A stretch of DNA of 64,000 nt, from positions 1-64,000 of IMG/VR virus record IMGVR_UViG_3300036852_000741; one strand, 5' to 3'. The DNA comes from a virus. Of this stretch, positions 59,495 to 64,000 are shown in pieces. The first letter of the stretch is position 1, and each line of letters begins with the position of its first letter. The position numbers and the translations under genes were made by a program. The notes beneath the pieces were generated by a model, which saw nothing but the letters and a program-made list of their open reading frames with translations, was not told the DNA's origin and made no database searches.

Positions 59495-60100
59495 ATGAGC
59501 GTGGAGGTTTTCCTGTGGACGGACGGGAGCGGCACCACGAGTGGGCCGATCGGCTGGGCGTACGTCCTGAGAGCGGTGGACCCGGAGACGGGAGCGGTGC
59601 TCAAGGAGCGCGAGGGGATGGGGGCGTTCCCGGAGGGGACGAGTCAGCGCGCTGAGCTTATGGCGGTGATCGAGGGGCTGCTGGTTCTCTCGCGCCGCGC
59701 CCGGGTGACCGTGGTGACCGATAGCAAGTACGTGAGGATGGGTGCCACCGAGTGGGTGGCCGGCTGGGAGAAGCACCGGTGGCGAACCGTCGGGCCGTCG
59801 GAGCGCGACGACCCCGACCTGGCGTGGCAGTGCCCGCTGTGCGCCTGCCCGACCAAGGCCGAGGCGGACGTGTGCGCCCGCCACGACCCGCCGGCTGCTA
59901 TGTGCGCGTCCTATGATTCGCGCGCGGTGCGCAACCGGGACCTCTGGCAGATGCTGCTGGGAGCGATGAAGCTCCACGACGTGTCGTTTCGCCAGGTGCC
60001 TGGCCACGACAAGCAGGGGCGCTACCCGCTCAACGAGCGTGCCGACGAACTGGCGGGGCAGGCGCGGCGGGCGCTGATCGAGGCGTGTACGACCGTCTGA
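59495..60100 (+). CDS. rnhA: ribonuclease HI with Cys-rich insertion
   Basis: TDGS, RAELMAVIEGL, TDSKYV, NRDLW, VPGH, NERADELA. Confidence 0.9.
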   Translation: MSVEVFLWTDGSGTTSGPIGWAYVLRAVDPETGAVLKEREGMGAFPEGTSQRAELMAVIEGLLVLSRRARVTVVTDSKYVRMGATEWVAGWEKHRWRTVGPSERDDPDLAWQCPLCACPTKAEADVCARHDPPAAMCASYDSRAVRNRDLWQMLLGAMKLHDVSFRQVPGHDKQGRYPLNERADELAGQARRALIEACTTV

Positions 60101-60327
60101 AGCTCGTCCCGTCCGAGCGGCGCGCGATCGCCTACCTCAGCCACTCGCACTGGGCGTCGGCCGAGCAGGTGGGTGACGGCGTGGGCCTTACCGCGCTGAT
60201 CGCCGCCGGCAAGCTGCGCCGTCTGTCCAGCCGGGGGCTGGTGGAGTCGATGCCGGGGCGCGGCCGGCGGGTCTACCGGCTCACCAAGGCCGGCGTGCAC
60301 TACAAGCGCACACTGCCCCGCGAATAG
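60085..60327 (+). CDS. small winged-helix protein
   Basis: LRRL..RGLVE..VYRLT.AG. Confidence 0.55.
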   Translation: MYDRLKLVPSERRAIAYLSHSHWASAEQVGDGVGLTALIAAGKLRRLSSRGLVESMPGRGRRVYRLTKAGVHYKRTLPRE

Positions 60328-60373
60328 GCCCGCGTGGCGTTCGGTCTCCCCGAGCGCCTACGATGGGTTCACC

Positions 60374-63304
60374 GTGACCCAGCCTGGCGCAGAGGAGCTT
60401 GTCGTGGGACGGGTCGATCCGTTCGTCGCTTTGCGGGGGCGGATCGAGGAGGCCAGCAACGGGGGCAAGGATGCTGGCGAGCGGGCGCTGGCGCTCAAGC
60501 GGGTGCGCTACGGCCTGCTGGCGGCACTGAGGGACGTGGAGGGCCGCATCGAGGAGGCCGAGGGCGACCGCGAGCGCGAGGTGCGTCGCGAGGTGCTGCG
60601 CCGGGTGCGTGAGAACGCCGACCTGCGCGAGCAACTGGAGCGCCGGGGGCTGGTGGCGCCGGAGCGCTTGGACGCGATGGGGCTGGTCTCCCATGACGCG
60701 CTCGATGAGGCCGGGGTCGAGGGGCGCCTGGAGGAGTTCGCGGCCGGCGCCCTGGCGAAGCTCGACAACATCGGGCAGGGCTCTGGCGTGTTGGGCAAGT
60801 GGCTGGAGAAACTGCACCCGCGCGATCGCGGGGGCCAGTTTGCGAAGAAGCCCGGCTCGGGGGTGATGACGGCTCACGTGGGCCCGGACGCCGGTGGCAG
60901 GGGGACGGTGAAGCGTACGGTCAAGGCACCGGCCGCCAAGCGGCCCGAGCGGGTGTTCAAGACGCAGAAGGTCATGCCCGAGGAGCTTGTGGCTCAGCAG
61001 AAGACGCCCGAGCAGAAGGACGTGCCGGAGGCCGAGCGTGTCGGGTTCGAGGGCCTGGCCCCGGGTGCTCGCCCGGCCGGGATGAGCGAGCGGCAGTGGC
61101 GCCAGGAGCGTGCTCGTACCCCGGAGGGGGCTCGTCGGACCAAGGGGCCGGTGCAGGCGCCCGAGGAGATTGAGAAGGCCAAGGCCAAGGACCGCGAGAA
61201 GCGCCAGCGGGGAATGGCCAAGCGTGTCGAGCGCGAGGTGGCCAAGGGCGTCAAGGGCGGGGCCGCCCAGCACTTCAATCCGGCCGGCAAGGTCAGCCAG
61301 AAGGCGCTGTTGGACTACGTGCGCAACACGCTGACCACGCCGTCAACGGCCGATGCGCACTCCGAGGTGCGCGGCGAGCAGCGCTTCTATCACCCCGACC
61401 GCAAGCAGCTTCACGACACGATTATCGACACGTTGCTGCGGCGCCCCAACGAGGACGGCACCATCTCGGCGTCCAACGAGTACCTGCCCTCCCAGGAGAC
61501 GCCGGAGGTCCTGTTCATGGGCGGCGGCTATGCGGCGGGCAAGTCGAGCGCGGAGAAGTTGCTGCGGGCCCGCAACGAGGTGCCGGCGGACTCGCTGAAG
61601 ATCGACCCCGACCAGATCAAGTCGATGCTGCCCGAGTTCGTGGCGACGGCCGGCCACGACCCGGAGGCCAACCTGCGCGTCTACGAGGAGGCGTGGGACA
61701 TCGCCCAGGAGCTTCAGCGTCAGGCCAAGGAGCGCAAGCTCAACGTGGTGGTGGACGGCATCACCAACACCTCGGCCGACGAGGTGTTCGGTCGGGTGCA
61801 GAGCTTCAAGGACGCCGGCTACGGCAACGCGCGGATCGCCTACGTGGATGTGCCCACCGACGTGGCGCTCACCCGGGCCGCCGACCGGATGGCCAAGGCG
61901 ATCGAGCGTGGCGACGGGCCGAACATGCGCCACATCCCCGAGCCGATCATGCGCGCTGTGCACCGCGACGTGGCGGCGACGATTCCGGCAGTGATGGGCG
62001 ACCCCCGCCGCGAGGGCCTGGGGGTGCATGTGGACGTGTACGACGGCCAGTCGGGGGCGCTGCCGATCGCCTCGATCGCCCCCGACGCCGCCGAGCCGAC
62101 GATCCACAACGACCCGGCGTGGGCGCGGCTGCGCGAGAAGGCCGACGAGAAGATCGCCGGGGTGGACGCGGCCAAGAGCGCCACCGACCCGTGGGCTGCC
62201 GGGCGCCTGGCGGAGAACCACGAGGACTTCTTCAACGTGACGCCGCAGACGACGCGGGTGTCGCTGGACAAGCTGCGCCCGTCCAAGCAGCCCGAGAGCC
62301 AGCCCAAGTCGGTGGACAACGCCGAGCGGTTCATGCGTCAGGCGGCGGCCGGCGAGAAGGGCAAGCGCGACCCGATCAGGGTGCGCGACGATGGCGATGG
62401 GACCTACACCGTGCTCGACGGCAACGCCACCTACGGGGCGGCGGTGCGCAACGACTGGAAGGACCTCCCCGTCGAGGTGGTCAACGCCAAGCCCGGCGGC
62501 GAGACCACGGGCGGAGCGGCGGTGCGGCCCGGCGATGACGAGGCCCGAGCCGTGCACCAGCGGATCGTGGAGTCTGTCGGCGATGTGCCCGCGGAGGCGC
62601 CTCCTCAGCCGGCCAGCACCGAGGAGGAGTTGTATGCGCTGGCGCCTGCCGCCCAGGAGGGCTTCGTTGACATCCTGGACCGCGGTGTGGGCGTCTCAGC
62701 GTCGTTGGGGGCGCGTACTCACCAGATCACGAACGAGGACGACTTCAAGGAGGCGGTGGCCGCGGTCGAGGCCGACCCCGACAGCCCGCACATCCTCCTG
62801 GCGCCGTTGAAGGGCACCGAGCGTGCGCGCGAGAAGGTCGAGGGCAAGTACAAGGGCGACTGGGGCAAGCTCTCCGATGTTGTGCGCGGGACGGTCGTGG
62901 TGCCGGACATCGAGACGCTTGAACAGGCGATGGACGCGGTACGCCGGGAGGCGGAGGCCAACGGCTGGAAGGTCAGCGCCCTGGAGAACCGGATGGTCAA
63001 CATCCAGGGCGAGGGCAAGCGTGCGCCGGGGCCGACCTCCTCGGGCTACACGGACTTCAACATCCGCCTGGAGGCGCCCAACGGCATCCAGGCTGAGCTT
63101 CAGTTCAACACCTCGCACATGGTGATCGCCAAGGAGGGCACGCCAGGCGGCCACAAGCTGTTTGAGGAGGAGCGCACGATTGTGGATCGGGCGAACGCGA
63201 GGGGACTCCCGCTCACCGCCGCGGAGCGCGCCAGGGTGTTCGAGCTTCGCAAGCAGCAGACGGCGATCTACACCCAGGCATGGGAGGCCGGCATCCCATC
63301 GTAG
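60374..63304 (+). CDS. zeta-toxin kinase / ParB-like / RelA-SpoT synthetase fusion
   Basis: GGGYAAGKS, IDPD.IK, VVDG (zeta); PIRVR..YTVLDGN (ParB/Srx); LKG..RA.EK, DVVRG, SGY.D.N, ELQF (RelA_SpoT). Confidence 0.8.
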   Translation: MTQPGAEELVVGRVDPFVALRGRIEEASNGGKDAGERALALKRVRYGLLAALRDVEGRIEEAEGDREREVRREVLRRVRENADLREQLERRGLVAPERLDAMGLVSHDALDEAGVEGRLEEFAAGALAKLDNIGQGSGVLGKWLEKLHPRDRGGQFAKKPGSGVMTAHVGPDAGGRGTVKRTVKAPAAKRPERVFKTQKVMPEELVAQQKTPEQKDVPEAERVGFEGLAPGARPAGMSERQWRQERARTPEGARRTKGPVQAPEEIEKAKAKDREKRQRGMAKRVEREVAKGVKGGAAQHFNPAGKVSQKALLDYVRNTLTTPSTADAHSEVRGEQRFYHPDRKQLHDTIIDTLLRRPNEDGTISASNEYLPSQETPEVLFMGGGYAAGKSSAEKLLRARNEVPADSLKIDPDQIKSMLPEFVATAGHDPEANLRVYEEAWDIAQELQRQAKERKLNVVVDGITNTSADEVFGRVQSFKDAGYGNARIAYVDVPTDVALTRAADRMAKAIERGDGPNMRHIPEPIMRAVHRDVAATIPAVMGDPRREGLGVHVDVYDGQSGALPIASIAPDAAEPTIHNDPAWARLREKADEKIAGVDAAKSATDPWAAGRLAENHEDFFNVTPQTTRVSLDKLRPSKQPESQPKSVDNAERFMRQAAAGEKGKRDPIRVRDDGDGTYTVLDGNATYGAAVRNDWKDLPVEVVNAKPGGETTGGAAVRPGDDEARAVHQRIVESVGDVPAEAPPQPASTEEELYALAPAAQEGFVDILDRGVGVSASLGARTHQITNEDDFKEAVAAVEADPDSPHILLAPLKGTERAREKVEGKYKGDWGKLSDVVRGTVVVPDIETLEQAMDAVRREAEANGWKVSALENRMVNIQGEGKRAPGPTSSGYTDFNIRLEAPNGIQAELQFNTSHMVIAKEGTPGGHKLFEEERTIVDRANARGLPLTAAERARVFELRKQQTAIYTQAWEAGIPS

Positions 63305-63320
63305 CTCACGATGTGTGCTA
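63302..63320 (+). promoter_or_regulatory. operator/promoter repeat
   Basis: TAGCTCACGATGTGTGCTA-TCAT; TAG is the stop of the fusion gene. Confidence 0.8.
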
Positions 63321-63345
63321 TCATTCAGGCTGGAGGTGATGCCAC

Positions 63346-63657
63346 GTGGCATCCAATGAGACCACGCCAGAGGTCCCCACCGGGGCCACGATGTACTACA
63401 GGGACAACGAGGGCAGCCTATTCCGGGAACGAGACGGGTGGGGCGGCGAGATACTCAACGGCGACGAGTGGCAGTTCTACGCGATCGACATGACCAGGGT
63501 CGTGACGATTGACGAGGCCGAGGCCGAGGAGATGGCCGCCGGCACACCGCTGGACGCCGAGAACCAGGGGATCAGCGTAGCGGCCGGCATCAGTGCTGAC
63601 CAGTACGCCGAGGAGACGCCTGGCGAGAAGCCGGAGGAGGAGCAGAGTGCCGTCTGA
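63346..63657 (+). CDS. acidic protein, candidate immunity/antitoxin
   Basis: YY..LFR..W..IDEAEA pattern; own promoter and GGAGG RBS. Confidence 0.6.
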   Translation: MASNETTPEVPTGATMYYRDNEGSLFRERDGWGGEILNGDEWQFYAIDMTRVVTIDEAEAEEMAAGTPLDAENQGISVAAGISADQYAEETPGEKPEEEQSAV

Positions 63658-63955
63658 GCGCAAGGACGAGGGCAAGGAGACGAAGGGCAGGGAGCCCGCG
63701 ATCGCGCCCGGGATGTCGCACGAGGACATCGCGACGGCCGGCGGGATGATCGACCTGCCCTACGAGGCGCCTCCGGGCGACGCGCAGCCGCTCCAGTACG
63801 CCGACGACCTGCCCGACGAGAAGGGCTGGACACCCCCCGAGGGGTTCAAGATCGCGGGGGTGGACTTCGCAGACGCAGTGGCCGGGATCGGGGGTGGCGC
63901 GCAGATACCACCGCCGGCCCCGGTCGAGGAGGAGGAGAACGGCTCGACCGAGTAG
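63647..63955 (+). CDS. acidic hypothetical protein
   Basis: GGAGGAGG RBS; overlaps the preceding ORF. Confidence 0.55.
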   Translation: MPSERKDEGKETKGREPAIAPGMSHEDIATAGGMIDLPYEAPPGDAQPLQYADDLPDEKGWTPPEGFKIAGVDFADAVAGIGGGAQIPPPAPVEEEENGSTE

Positions 63956-64000
63956 GAGCGGGGCATGGCGGCAGAGAGCCGGGCGACGCCCGCCGAGCAG

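Noticed and set aside
1-64000. tRNA, rRNA, integrase, transposase, reverse transcriptase or major capsid genes
   Set aside because: No recognisable motifs by eye; lifestyle and prophage boundaries cannot be determined from this window.

Overview
High-GC (about 70%) tailed-phage or prophage DNA, probably from an actinomycete host (inferred from GC and the style of the secreted proteins). No host housekeeping genes, rRNA, tRNA, CRISPR array, integrase or major capsid gene were recognised. 1-13 kb (mostly minus strand) is a replication/recombination region: HNH nuclease, PD-(D/E)xK exonuclease, ParB-like protein, Bet/RecT, DnaB-like helicase and an initiator with internal iterons, followed by RusA on the plus strand. 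Beyond 19 kb (plus strand) are SSB, a thermonuclease, terminase subunits, portal, a MuF-domain polyprotein, RNase H and many small accessory ORFs. Standouts: (1) a stand-alone Cas7/RAMP-like gene (14133-14774) followed by about 60 non-coding GGY-NN pentamers with variable NN, a candidate RNA-guided system without CRISPR repeats; (2) about 22 copies of a palindromic operator/extended -10 promoter, most with a hairpin and CCCGACCAAGGAG RBS, delimiting gene cassettes, including an 11 kb block between terminase and portal; (3) three large multi-domain effector proteins sharing an (H/Q)PR motif and LxEA-type motifs, one a zeta-toxin/ParB/RelA-SpoT fusion with a likely immunity gene; (4) a second junction repeat (GCGGACG) linking small ORFs at 49-50.8 kb. 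All protein calls come from motif recognition by eye; no searches were run.
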